Source: a virus (taxonomy: Duplodnaviria; Caudoviricetes). Taken from it: a DNA stretch of 64,000 bases. Below the pieces are notes generated by a model. That model was not told the DNA's origin. It was given only the letters and a program-made list of their open reading frames with translations, and made no database searches. The position numbers were made by a program, and so were the translations under genes. How positions within the stretch are numbered: the first letter of the stretch is position 1; every line of letters begins with the position of its first letter. Shown one piece after another: positions 43,079 to 52,576 of this stretch. The stretch lies in IMG/VR virus record IMGVR_UViG_3300042935_001404. One strand, written 5' to 3'.

Positions 43079-43976
43079 CTAAATTTTTAATAATTCGTTT
43101 GACACCTTGCTCGAATGACATTGGTTTATAATCGGACATGACCGATCTCAGTTTGTCAATGTTGGGTCTACGTGTTGCAGTACTGCCGGCCTTGCCAGGA
43201 GAGGAAGTCCACTCAGGGTCAGTGTGACCCAGTTCTTCGGCAATGACTTTTACTGCATCCCGAATGGTAATTTCTCTATCATTGCCTATGTTGAACAATT
43301 CACGTGTTTGTGTTTTGGCGCAGAATATGCTGGCTCGAACAGCATCTTCTACATGACAAAAACTGCGTGTTTCTTCCGGGCCAACAACTTCAAATATACC
43401 ATTTTGAATCTTGGCAATTTGATCTGCCAAGAAATGACCAGCCTTGCTGTTGTCACCATACACATTAAAGTACCGTATCATTACATAGGGCAACGGTGAG
43501 TTGGTCAAGTAGTTTTCTGCACAGATCTTGGGCAAACGATAACTCCATCTAGCATTGTGAATATTGTTGATCGTGATATCTGTATGCTCAGCCACAGGAC
43601 TAACCGGATCGTCACTTACTACTTCACTGGAACTAGCGTACACTAGTTTTTTTAACTGTTTATTCATGCCGGCAAATTCAAATACATTGAAGTCGCCGAC
43701 CATGTTGTTCCATAACACTTGGTTGGGACGCTCGTAAAAGTTCTTGGTTCCGTTGATTGCACCATAGTGATAGATGTAATCAAAGTCCACAGGCAAGTCT
43801 GCGTAGGCCACATCGCCTGCAGTCAAGTCCACATCGATAAACTTGTCACAGGGCGGTATGGTTGAGCTACGACTATGGTTGTCCATGGCCCATACTACAT
43901 TTTTTTTATCGTGTTTGAGTTGGCGGCAGATTTCTGTGCCCAACAAGCCGCTGGCACCGGTTACTAATATTTTCAT
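43065..43976 (-). CDS. NAD-dependent epimerase/dehydratase or NDP-uronate decarboxylase-like SDR
   Basis: ILVTGASGLLG, YASSSEV, RWSYRLPK, RYFNVYG, RSFCHVED. Confidence 0.9.
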   Translation of the reverse strand: MKILVTGASGLLGTEICRQLKHDKKNVVWAMDNHSRSSTIPPCDKFIDVDLTAGDVAYADLPVDFDYIYHYGAINGTKNFYERPNQVLWNNMVGDFNVFEFAGMNKQLKKLVYASSSEVVSDDPVSPVAEHTDITINNIHNARWSYRLPKICAENYLTNSPLPYVMIRYFNVYGDNSKAGHFLADQIAKIQNGIFEVVGPEETRSFCHVEDAVRASIFCAKTQTRELFNIGNDREITIRDAVKVIAEELGHTDPEWTSSPGKAGSTATRRPNIDKLRSVMSDYKPMSFEQGVKRIIKNLVDKS

Positions 43977-44746
43977 TTGATAAATTTCTCGTTGTCGTCA
44001 ATTACACTTTGAATCAGTTTGAAGTCAAGACCCAGTTTCTTGATCAAGTTATTCCACGCACTGGTGTCTTTGGGCAAGCAATGGCCTCCGTAACCACGTG
44101 TGTTTTTATTGGCCATCAAGTATGCAGGATTGATACAGTCACGTTGCGTGATGGCATTGTACACATTCATGTAGTTGGCGTCTAGTTTTTGACAAACTTC
44201 ATAAGTGACGTTGGCAAAGGTCACCTGCATGGCATGGTGTACGTTGTTAAAATACTTGACAATTTCTGCTTCTGTAGGTTTAACGCAGGCCACATGCTTG
44301 GGATAGAAACCGTGAATCTTTTTAATCAACTCAAAGTCTTCTTCACGATAGCTGCCAATGATCAACAGATCATGATTGTGAATAAAGTCTGCCAGTGCAG
44401 TCTTGGCACGTAGGAACTCTGGCACACTACAGATTTTCATACGTGGATACTCTGCACTGAGCCGTTCGCTTGTGCCCGGTACCACTGTGCTTTTAACTGC
44501 AATCAATCCTCGGTAGTTTAGTCCATCAAGGTCTTTGATTACATTTTCTACAATGCTGGTGTCACAGTCTCCGTTCGGTGCTTGATTGGTTGGCACACTG
44601 ACAAAAACACAATCAGCGTCTATAACGTCCATGATAGATGATCCTTCGTATGCAGGATCAAAGAAGCACATGTTATGGCCCAGATACTCTAGTCCTTCGT
44701 ACACTGCTTTGCCAACAGTACCTTTTCCAATTACACCCACGTTCAT
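43973..44746 (-). CDS. UDP-glucose/GDP-mannose dehydrogenase family protein (short form)
   Basis: GVIGKGTVG, VSVPT, KSTVVPG, PEFLR, AEIVKYFNN, GYGGHCLPKD. Confidence 0.92.
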   Translation of the reverse strand: MNVGVIGKGTVGKAVYEGLEYLGHNMCFFDPAYEGSSIMDVIDADCVFVSVPTNQAPNGDCDTSIVENVIKDLDGLNYRGLIAVKSTVVPGTSERLSAEYPRMKICSVPEFLRAKTALADFIHNHDLLIIGSYREEDFELIKKIHGFYPKHVACVKPTEAEIVKYFNNVHHAMQVTFANVTYEVCQKLDANYMNVYNAITQRDCINPAYLMANKNTRGYGGHCLPKDTSAWNNLIKKLGLDFKLIQSVIDDNEKFIK

Positions 44747-45159
44747 TTGTCATCTCCTGGAATGATTGAATCTACTCTGTACGTGTCAGTTTCGTAGTCT
44801 TCTCCGCCACGTGGACCTTCGGCAAAGGCAATAAATGTACAGCCATCCACTGTGGTTTTCATGGCATGAATCTCATTGGGTGGGCTGATAATAAAGTCAC
44901 CTTTTCTAGCCAAGAATTCTGTAGGTGTTACGTCACTGTCTACGGGTTTGCTGTAGTACACCATACTGCCTGTGAGCACATAGGTATATTGAGTAGTGTG
45001 TTTGTGATAGTGATTACCACGTACTGCACCGGCTGTGTTGGTAATCAAGCAAGCGTGATTGATACCGGCCTTGTAAAAGATATCTGTAATTGTGCCACGG
45101 TCGTCGCTGAACGTTCCTAGCCCTGTTTCGTTGTTGTTGTAAATGTTGTATTGTTTCAT
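44743..45159 (-). CDS. Cupin (RmlC/FdtA-like sugar epimerase or isomerase)
   Basis: FSDDRG, VRGNHYH, PPNEIHA. Confidence 0.8.
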   Translation of the reverse strand: MKQYNIYNNNETGLGTFSDDRGTITDIFYKAGINHACLITNTAGAVRGNHYHKHTTQYTYVLTGSMVYYSKPVDSDVTPTEFLARKGDFIISPPNEIHAMKTTVDGCTFIAFAEGPRGGEDYETDTYRVDSIIPGDDK

Positions 45160-46388
45160 TGTGATATAAACCTTGTGTTGGGATTGATGCGTAATAATGC
45201 TTGCTTAAGACCTTCGCCAATGTTCCAACTTAAAATTAGAGCGTATGGATTGGGATACTTTGCAAATTCATTATCATCTAAGATTGGTATACGGCTAAGA
45301 GGAGTATACTTACCTTGCTTGTGTTCACTAGCATCGGTAATACAATGCAGGTGTGTTTTATTTAGGCCATGCCACGCAAGCCATGTATTTGCTTTGGCGG
45401 CAGCACCCACGCCAATGATCACAGCGTCAGGTTCGTCTTGTAGTATTTGATAAAATTTAGCCAACCATGTGTTGCGTTGTTGTTCAAACTTCTTTTGAAG
45501 GCCCACGTAAAAGCCTGGATCAAATAGGCCAGCAGTGGTTTCTGTGTGGATAGCATTCGACACCTTTTCCGGCACTCCTGCACCTGTGCTTTTTCTTGCT
45601 ACCACACGCAAACTACCACCATGATAATCAACCACATCAAAGTCCGCAATTTCTAATCCAGCCTCTGCCAACAAGTTGTGCAGGCTCTTGATAGTAAAGT
45701 AACTGATGTGTTCATGATACACCATGTCAGTGAAGCGTCCGCTACGAACCATTTCCAGCCAGTATGGAACTTCAAACACAAATACACCATCCGTGTCTAG
45801 TAGAAAACTTACACCATGTGCAAACTCTGTAGGATCGTTAGCATGATTGAATACATTGTTGGCAATGACAACTGAGGCACGACCATGTTTGGGAACAAGA
45901 TCATAAGCAACATTGGGATGAAATAATGCCTGTACTGCATCAACTCCTTGTGATTTGGCCAACTCACACATTGCACTGCTGGAATCAATGCCCAACGTGG
46001 CGGTTGATTCATTGTTGAATTGTCGGATCAAGTATGCATCGTTGCTGCCAATTTCCACCACAAGACCCGCAGTGTTGTATTTTGATTTGATAGTTGTGGC
46101 AAACTCGTCCCAGTGATCTCTTGCTGTCTTTGAGTTGCTGGATGTGTAACTGTAACTGTACAAGTTGTATCTTGCTTCGGCATTGCTGACATACCCCAAT
46201 TGCAACATGCCTGAGTTGGGATTCAAATGTACTTGCAATGGAAACACTGGCTCACTTAGATTCAACTGATCCCGGGACACAAACGTGTCTGCGTAGGCGT
46301 GTTGTCCAAAGTCCAATACCTTGGTCACTGATTCTGTAGTGATTAAACATGTGTCCAACTGTCTGCTGTGTGTTATGTCTGTTGTCAT
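45156..46388 (-). CDS. NDP-sugar C-methyltransferase (EryBIII/TylCIII/NovU-like)
   Basis: VVEIGSNDA, ANNVFNH, VFEVPY, VYHEHISYF, HGGSLRV, GAAAKANT, KQGKYTP. Confidence 0.92.
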   Translation of the reverse strand: MTTDITHSRQLDTCLITTESVTKVLDFGQHAYADTFVSRDQLNLSEPVFPLQVHLNPNSGMLQLGYVSNAEARYNLYSYSYTSSNSKTARDHWDEFATTIKSKYNTAGLVVEIGSNDAYLIRQFNNESTATLGIDSSSAMCELAKSQGVDAVQALFHPNVAYDLVPKHGRASVVIANNVFNHANDPTEFAHGVSFLLDTDGVFVFEVPYWLEMVRSGRFTDMVYHEHISYFTIKSLHNLLAEAGLEIADFDVVDYHGGSLRVVARKSTGAGVPEKVSNAIHTETTAGLFDPGFYVGLQKKFEQQRNTWLAKFYQILQDEPDAVIIGVGAAAKANTWLAWHGLNKTHLHCITDASEHKQGKYTPLSRIPILDDNEFAKYPNPYALILSWNIGEGLKQALLRINPNTRFISQ

Positions 46389-47206
46389 TTTGGAAGTTTA
46401 AATTGTGTTGTTTGATTGTTTGGATCGTTGGCCTTCATAAGTGCCCATGGATCAATTTTTCCTGCGGCTGCCGCATCCCAGTGGGCGGTGTCGATATTTT
46501 TAGATCGCATATACGCAGCCAGTTTACCAACATCCACAAGCCGATTGTGTGTGACGTACTTGTTATGGAAGTCTTCGGGATTTTTTGGATTGCCTTCAAA
46601 GTACTTTTTCTTTTTGGCATTTTCATCTGCATTATTACCAGTTAAATCATGACGGTCGTGTGTGACATCTACTTCAATGATTTTCATTATGTCCAGCAGA
46701 TAAGCCATTTGACTAACTTCAGCATCAATCAATTGATGCTTGCTAAGATAACCTGTTAGCTCTGGCCACTCTGCTGGTATAATGGGAAATATACTGTATG
46801 GATGTTCATTGTGAGTGTGTACTTTTAACAACTTGAACTCTCCAGTGCATTCTATAATACGTTGGTCCCATGCTTGTGTTGACATGATGGCATCGTCGCA
46901 CCAAACAAACAACCAATCAGCATTGGCATGTGTGGCAAGTGTATTAAAATAACGATTGAGTGCTCCGTAACCTAACGGTTCAAACTCCAGTGCAGTATAC
47001 GTTACATCTCGTTGGTCTAGTACGGGTTGAATCGCATTGACAAAATGTTCACACCCAATTTCATCGTTGCTGTCAATGCCAAACACAAATTGTATTTGAC
47101 TCAAGTCGTGGGCATTATCCAGCAGACTAAACACACTGCGGCTCAGTGCATCTGTGCGTTTGTGCGTGGGAAGTAGTACGGCTATTTTAAATTCACGATT
47201 TGTCAT
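46385..47206 (-). CDS. Glycosyltransferase family 2-like
   Basis: IAVLLPTHKR, VWCDDA, SIFPII. Confidence 0.75.
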   Translation of the reverse strand: MTNREFKIAVLLPTHKRTDALSRSVFSLLDNAHDLSQIQFVFGIDSNDEIGCEHFVNAIQPVLDQRDVTYTALEFEPLGYGALNRYFNTLATHANADWLFVWCDDAIMSTQAWDQRIIECTGEFKLLKVHTHNEHPYSIFPIIPAEWPELTGYLSKHQLIDAEVSQMAYLLDIMKIIEVDVTHDRHDLTGNNADENAKKKKYFEGNPKNPEDFHNKYVTHNRLVDVGKLAAYMRSKNIDTAHWDAAAAGKIDPWALMKANDPNNQTTQFKLPK

Positions 47207-47813
47207 GGGGAGTTATTGTGATTTGTTCTATCTTGTATTTAATAGCAGTTGCAATGGCCTCAGCAATATCTGCAGGTGTCAGTGCAGGACCTTTGGCATA
47301 GAGTTTTTCAATTTCATCTGGGGTTTTTGCACCTTGATAATTTTGTTTTAACATATTGCTACGTATTTTACCAGGCCTGATTTCTGTAAAGAGCACGTTG
47401 GGATACTGTTTCTTCACTGTATTCATACTGTAATGCAATGCGGCCTTGGCGGCAGTGTAGAATATGTTATACACAATAGGATCATCAATGTTACTGCTGG
47501 TGATATAAATGAAATGTCCGGTGGCACGTTGCTGAACATATTGCTTGGCCAACAGCAATGCGCCTGTGAAGTTTACATCAACTTGATTTTGCTGATTTTG
47601 CCAGGTGTTATCTTGCCAGCCCCGGAACGCACCTACATTAGCACCGGCACAGTTAATAACAATGTCGTATGGAGATAGATCCAATTGATCTATTGCTTCA
47701 AAATTGGATAAATCTAGTTCGTTCCTTGTTGGCGCTGTAATTGTGTGTTGGCCAAACAGTTTGACACATGCTTGACCGACACCAGAACTACCGCCGGTGA
47801 TGAATATGTTCAC
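47193..47813 (-). CDS. Short-chain dehydrogenase/reductase
   Basis: ITGGSSGVG, INCAG, VNF, YTAAK (YxxxK), PG. Confidence 0.88.
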   Translation of the reverse strand: MNIFITGGSSGVGQACVKLFGQHTITAPTRNELDLSNFEAIDQLDLSPYDIVINCAGANVGAFRGWQDNTWQNQQNQVDVNFTGALLLAKQYVQQRATGHFIYITSSNIDDPIVYNIFYTAAKAALHYSMNTVKKQYPNVLFTEIRPGKIRSNMLKQNYQGAKTPDEIEKLYAKGPALTPADIAEAIATAIKYKIEQITITPHDKS

Positions 47814-48316
47814 GCAAACAGATCCTCATTCCATTCACGATGACCTTCACGGAAAGCCATGTTAGCTTGTGTCTCACGTACTTCTACTCGATAGCACCAC
47901 AAACGAGCTGCCTCTCCTGGACCCCACATTTCGGGAATGTACACTCCATTCACATACTTGTACAACATGTCACTGAGTCCTTCGCAGCCTAGGCGAGGTA
48001 ATACTACAACCTTGGCCATTTTCTTTTCCACTAACAAGTTGTATGTGGCCATTTCTGGATCATCCGCTGCCACAATTAGTGTATGATCAAATTGGTCTTC
48101 TAATGTCTTTTTAAGTTCTTTAAGTCCACCGTAATCAGCGGCCCAGTTGCGAACATCCAGTTCATTGGTACCAAAGTAAAATTTCATACTGAATGAATAT
48201 CCATGTATCAAATTACAATGACTGTCTGCCCTCCACTGTCTATACGCACATGGAAATGCGTCGTGATACTCTTTAGTACTTGTATATTTGTAAACTACGG
48301 GATTTAATGTTGTCAT
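47810..48316 (-). CDS. queD: 6-carboxy-5,6,7,8-tetrahydropterin synthase
   Basis: CNLIHGYSF, DYGGLK, FDHTL, CEGLS, VEVRET. Confidence 0.85.
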   Translation of the reverse strand: MTTLNPVVYKYTSTKEYHDAFPCAYRQWRADSHCNLIHGYSFSMKFYFGTNELDVRNWAADYGGLKELKKTLEDQFDHTLIVAADDPEMATYNLLVEKKMAKVVVLPRLGCEGLSDMLYKYVNGVYIPEMWGPGEAARLWCYRVEVRETQANMAFREGHREWNEDLFA

Positions 48317-48323
48317 GCTGTTT

Positions 48324-48362
48324 CTCCTATGTTATTGTAGCATAGGCAGCAGAGTTTGTAAA
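48324..48362 (-). promoter_or_regulatory. Promoter TTTACA-N17-TACAAT overlapping an SD-sequestering hairpin upstream of queD
   Basis: CCTATG (48346-48341) pairs with CATAGG (48331-48326), covering the SD AGGAG; the -10 lies in the loop. Confidence 0.55.
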
Positions 48363-48406
48363 GCGGGAATGATGCCGAAGACCGCTGTAAAGAAATATTT
48401 ATCGTA

Positions 48407-48826
48407 TCACACATCGGGATGCGTATAACTGCCTGTGCGATAGTTGCCTTGGCCGGGAATGGTATTCCTAACACCGCCAATGGGATCCTCTACGTCGCCA
48501 GTTCTTCGTGGAATCAAGTGTACGTGTGGCCAAGGCACTGTCTGCCCGGCTGCCGCACCATAGTTTAATCCAATGTTAAATCCATCCCAGGCACCCAATT
48601 CGACCTGCGATTGCCCGTGATAGATTGCATCTTGCACAGCATCCATCAGCACACCCACTGTGTTGTATTTAGGTACAAACAACAGGTGTCCTGGGGTCAC
48701 AGGATAGATATCCTCGAACACTTGTACATGAAAATCTTCACGTACCAATTCAGTCCAAGGCGCATGTTGTTTGTTAATTTCCTGCGGCAACCCAGGAACG
48801 ATTTCTTTTGTGTGTGGTAAAGTCAT
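48407..48826 (-). CDS. HIT family nucleotide hydrolase
   Basis: DIYPVTPGHLLFVPK, GAAAGQTVPWPHVHLIPR. Confidence 0.93.
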   Translation of the reverse strand: MTLPHTKEIVPGLPQEINKQHAPWTELVREDFHVQVFEDIYPVTPGHLLFVPKYNTVGVLMDAVQDAIYHGQSQVELGAWDGFNIGLNYGAAAGQTVPWPHVHLIPRRTGDVEDPIGGVRNTIPGQGNYRTGSYTHPDV

Positions 48827-48837
48827 AATTGATCCTT

Positions 48838-50115
48838 TTATTTGACAGTGGTGTAACCCCAAGGCTTACTAAAATATTCCGACAGTTGAATCTGTGCAGA
48901 TTCGTTGTTTAACAAATCAAATCCGTGATACTGAGCGTAATAAAAGTCCCAGCCAACACTGTGTTTGGGATTTTGTATCCATTCGGCCCGACTCCATGGC
49001 ATATACTCGGACCATTGTACCCCAGAAACTCTGCTGTTAAATTTGGATCCCAACAGTTCAAACACCGCCGCAATTTTGGTTCGTTGCAGTGCATAGTCGA
49101 GCGGTTGGTTAACCCAAGGTACAACACTGGGATCTACGTCTTTGCCAGTTGCACCAATGTGGATGGTGTCTAATAGAATTGGTTTTTGATACAGGGTAGC
49201 AATGCGCTGAATGTCAACAATCAAATTAAATATCACAGTGTCGTTGATTACACTGGCCAATGTGGTGCCACTGGACTTGGTCACTTGTGTGCCAACATGC
49301 ACTGCAACAAGATCTACTCGATTCCATACCTGGGTAGTACAGCGATCGCAGGATTCATAAATCAATTTGCCTGTGTACACAGTTTTGATCTGAGCAATAA
49401 CGTTGTCCCAGTCGGCCATGTAAGGGGTTGTATCAAGCCCGAGGTTCATGGTTCCGATATAAAACCCGTCCACTTTGTATTTCTCTGCTTCTGTGGCCAA
49501 TACTCGTTGATACGAGACTAAAGTGTTAAAGAAATTTGCGGTAGAGAATGTAGGTGGCAATGCAAATGTTGAACCGGTACAGCCAGGACAGATATTTACA
49601 TCATTGATGTGATTGACTGGAATTGCTTTGATAAACACACGGAGTCCTCGGTCTTTGGAGTACTTGACCAGTCGCCAAAAATCTTTAGGTATGTTCTTAT
49701 CACGGTTGTAGGCAATTGGGCTTGAGTCATACAATTCTAAATGTCCAGTTTTGACATCAATGGGAATATTGGTCTGAAAAACAATTGTATCAAATCCAAC
49801 ACAATCAATCTTATCAATAACCTGAGACACAGCATCGTATCCTACTACCAATTTACCGTCCGCGGTATAGTCAATTTGTTCGAATCGCATGTCCACGATT
49901 GCACTGCGGTATTTGTCAGAGCTTATTGCAGGCTTTACTATGCAATTAGTAAGAGCCGAAACTGTGTGTGTAGTAGGGGCAGGTGTGGACGCAACTGCTA
50001 TAGTAGTTTCTATTGCAGTGGCACCAGGCCCGGTTATCGGAGTTCCAGCCCCACCTCCGCCACCACACCCAGTTAGGAATAAAACCAGCCCAATTGTGCT
50101 AATAATAAAACGCAT
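48838..50115 (-). CDS. Predicted lipoprotein with GH113-like TIM-barrel domain
   Basis: Lipobox LTGC, Gly/Thr/Pro linker, GLRVFIK, KVDGFYIGTM, KTVYTGKLIY. Confidence 0.6.
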   Translation of the reverse strand: MRFIISTIGLVLFLTGCGGGGGAGTPITGPGATAIETTIAVASTPAPTTHTVSALTNCIVKPAISSDKYRSAIVDMRFEQIDYTADGKLVVGYDAVSQVIDKIDCVGFDTIVFQTNIPIDVKTGHLELYDSSPIAYNRDKNIPKDFWRLVKYSKDRGLRVFIKAIPVNHINDVNICPGCTGSTFALPPTFSTANFFNTLVSYQRVLATEAEKYKVDGFYIGTMNLGLDTTPYMADWDNVIAQIKTVYTGKLIYESCDRCTTQVWNRVDLVAVHVGTQVTKSSGTTLASVINDTVIFNLIVDIQRIATLYQKPILLDTIHIGATGKDVDPSVVPWVNQPLDYALQRTKIAAVFELLGSKFNSRVSGVQWSEYMPWSRAEWIQNPKHSVGWDFYYAQYHGFDLLNNESAQIQLSEYFSKPWGYTTVK

Positions 50116-50149
50116 AATACTTTCACCAAGAGTTGTTTAATGTACACGT

Positions 50150-50178
50150 ATTATAACAAATTAAGAATTATTGGTCAA
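50150..50178 (-). promoter_or_regulatory. Sigma70-type promoter TTGACC-N17-TATAAT
   Basis: Consensus match upstream of the lipoprotein gene. Confidence 0.75.
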
Positions 50179-50767
50179 CTAGCCATTTTTGATAAACTTG
50201 GTGCAATTCTTCCCAATTTAAGATTAATTCTTTGTAATTTCTTGGATTTTTAATACTTTGGTGTGTGTATTCGGAATTTACTATGTAATCAATGCCCAGT
50301 TGGTCGGCCACATACTTTTCTGGAACAGCGGCACCCACTAAACTATTGTAGTCGATGCGGATCACACTGTTGTACCTTGACATAACTTCTGAATCGACCA
50401 ACTGATATGTAATATGCAACCCATGTAATAAATTTGTAAAGTCGTCAGGATCCACATTGAATGGAGCCACTGGGGTATCTGTATAGACAAAAAATTCATC
50501 TGTGTGTTTTGCCACAAAATAACTGACAGCCACATCAAAATAATTTGACCGATCACAAACAACCAATGTAACAGAATCTCTTATCTCTCGAGGTATTTCC
50601 AATAACTCGTCAACGTTGTTGGTGTGATATATCCAACTGCCAGGCAAAAGAGTACAGTTTGAATACCGGAATGCAGTTGGTGCTAATAATCCGATCAACA
50701 AAGATTCAACCCAGTGGCTACCAGTACGCCCTGGGCCGTAAATGACAAAGTTTTTATATCGTTCCAC
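50168..50767 (-). CDS. Sulfotransferase-like protein (Stf0-type P-loop)
   Basis: [12 protein letters not shown][10 protein letters not shown], IDYNSL. Confidence 0.6.
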   Translation of the reverse strand: MERYKNFVIYGPGRTGSHWVESLLIGLLAPTAFRYSNCTLLPGSWIYHTNNVDELLEIPREIRDSVTLVVCDRSNYFDVAVSYFVAKHTDEFFVYTDTPVAPFNVDPDDFTNLLHGLHITYQLVDSEVMSRYNSVIRIDYNSLVGAAVPEKYVADQLGIDYIVNSEYTHQSIKNPRNYKELILNWEELHQVYQKWLVDQ

Positions 50768-51086
50768 GGTCTAAGTGCTGTAGTTTATCTGGTACATTGG
50801 TCCATTTTTCATGGTCTGGCAGTGGTGCCTTACTTTTGGTAATAACAGGCCATAGCTTTGCCAGCTCAGCATTGATAGCTATAAATGCCCGTTGCGTTTC
50901 CGGAACATCCTCTTCAGCATAAATTGCATTTACTGGACATTCTGGAACACATACTGCACAGTCAATGCATTCGTCTGGATCAATGGCCAAAAAGTTTGGT
51001 CCTTCGACAAAACAATCTACCGGGCATACATCAACACAGTCTGTGTGTTTGCATAAAATGCAGTCGTCAGTTACAACATAGGTCAT
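50754..51086 (-). CDS. fdxA: 7Fe ferredoxin (FdxA type)
   Basis: [25 protein letters not shown]...[12 protein letters not shown]. Confidence 0.96.
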   Translation of the reverse strand: MTYVVTDDCILCKHTDCVDVCPVDCFVEGPNFLAIDPDECIDCAVCVPECPVNAIYAEEDVPETQRAFIAINAELAKLWPVITKSKAPLPDHEKWTNVPDKLQHLDRGTI

Positions 51087-51913
51087 CTTGGAGCAAAGTC
51101 CTGTTGTAATTTAATATTGTCAAAAAACTCTTTCTTTGTACTTTGATCTGTGTTAAACGCACCTTTAAGCACAGTGGTCTGTGTTAGACTACTGTGTGCC
51201 ATAATGCCGCGATTCTCGCAACATCCATGTACTGCTTGAATATAAACACCAACGTCTGTGGCATCTGTGGCTCGCATTATTTCGCGGGCAATGTCATTAG
51301 CAAGTTCTTCTTGTAGTGTGCCACGACGAGCACACCACTGAGCAATACGAGTGTACTTGCTAAGGCCAATGAGCTTTTGAGCGGCAATAATCCCGATATA
51401 AGCAACGCCACTGACAGGTTGGTGGTGATGACTGCACATACTGCGAAGCTCACTACGCACCACAAGCATTCCTTCATATCGATCCGCTGAGTCATTTGGG
51501 AAAGCGGTTGCATCTGGTTCTGGTTCATATCTACCTGCCATAATTTCGTTAAAATACATTTTAGCAAGACGTCTTGCTGTGCCTTTTGAGTTGGGATCTG
51601 TTTCACGATCAATCAGCAATCGATCCAGCACTGTTTCAAATGCTTCTGCGGCTTCGTCAATTAGTTGTTCTACATCACCTTGGTGCAGGTAGTCACTGAC
51701 GTTATCGCCTGCCCAGAAACGTTTGTTGTCACGTTTCATCTTGAAGCGAATAGCATCGCCTAGGTAACCTTCTTGGTAATCTTTGTCTGACATAATTTCA
51801 GTTGCTGTTGTAATTGTGGATGATTCCGTGGCATTGTTGCCAAAGCGGTCTGGTGTAAATTTCTTTTTAGTATCCGAGTGAAACACTGGATCTGGTGCAA
51901 ATTCTTTTTTCAA
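51083..51913 (-). CDS. folE: GTP cyclohydrolase I
   Basis: [33 protein letters not shown]. Confidence 0.96.
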   Translation of the reverse strand: MKKEFAPDPVFHSDTKKKFTPDRFGNNATESSTITTATEIMSDKDYQEGYLGDAIRFKMKRDNKRFWAGDNVSDYLHQGDVEQLIDEAAEAFETVLDRLLIDRETDPNSKGTARRLAKMYFNEIMAGRYEPEPDATAFPNDSADRYEGMLVVRSELRSMCSHHHQPVSGVAYIGIIAAQKLIGLSKYTRIAQWCARRGTLQEELANDIAREIMRATDATDVGVYIQAVHGCCENRGIMAHSSLTQTTVLKGAFNTDQSTKKEFFDNIKLQQDFAPR

Positions 51914-51954
51914 TCATAGTCTCCGATGTTAAGGCAGTGGATTGCCATTGTGTT

Positions 51955-51983
51955 ATTATACAGGGTATTTAGGTCGTTGTCAA
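51955..51983 (-). promoter_or_regulatory. Sigma70-type promoter TTGACA-N17-TATAAT upstream of folE
   Basis: Perfect consensus. Confidence 0.8.
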
Positions 51984-52576
51984 GGAACAATGGTTATTTT
52001 TCTGCAATCTGGGTAATCAACCGGGATTGGCTTCGGCCGATTTACTTTTACATCTTCCAACAACTCTAGGCCACGAACAGCTTCTTCGATTGTGGGCTTG
52101 TAATGATATCCAACTCGGAACACTTGTTGTGTTTCCCACGGCGATATGGTCAAATCTCTACCATCATATCGTTGTGCCAATATAGTATCATATGCAACAA
52201 CATCATCCAACAAGATTGCTCCACCACGCCCAATGTGCAGGGGTTTACCGTAACCAAAACTCAAGCATTGCATGGCGCCTTCACGGTACATGCCCTTTTC
52301 AAGTCTACGTGCTGAATCCCAAATGCGTGTTTCTAGGAAAGGATATTCACCTACCCAACGTTGCCATTCATGGTCTAGCAGTTCGTACTTGATGCCTAGC
52401 TTGTGCATGGTCATTGGAATACTCAAATAGGTGTAAGGAGTAAACTTGCACTCTGTGACTTGATCATAACGTAAACACAGTTCAATAGCATGTGTACAGC
52501 AATCAGTCATCACAGCATACGGAGCACCTGTAAACTCTGCCAGTGCTCTTTCAAACTGTAGTATTTTATCGAACAT
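51980..52576 (-). CDS. Compact DegT-family aminotransferase (198 aa)
   Basis: DCCTHAIEL, WDSAR, LSFGYGKPLHIGRGGAIL. Confidence 0.8.
   Translation of the reverse strand: MFDKILQFERALAEFTGAPYAVMTDCCTHAIELCLRYDQVTECKFTPYTYLSIPMTMHKLGIKYELLDHEWQRWVGEYPFLETRIWDSARRLEKGMYREGAMQCLSFGYGKPLHIGRGGAILLDDVVAYDTILAQRYDGRDLTISPWETQQVFRVGYHYKPTIEEAVRGLELLEDVKVNRPKPIPVDYPDCRKITIVP

Noticed and set aside
48317-48400. preQ1 or folate riboswitch upstream of queD
   Set aside because: No preQ1-I/II or THF aptamer signature; the structure is explained by a promoter plus an SD-occluding hairpin
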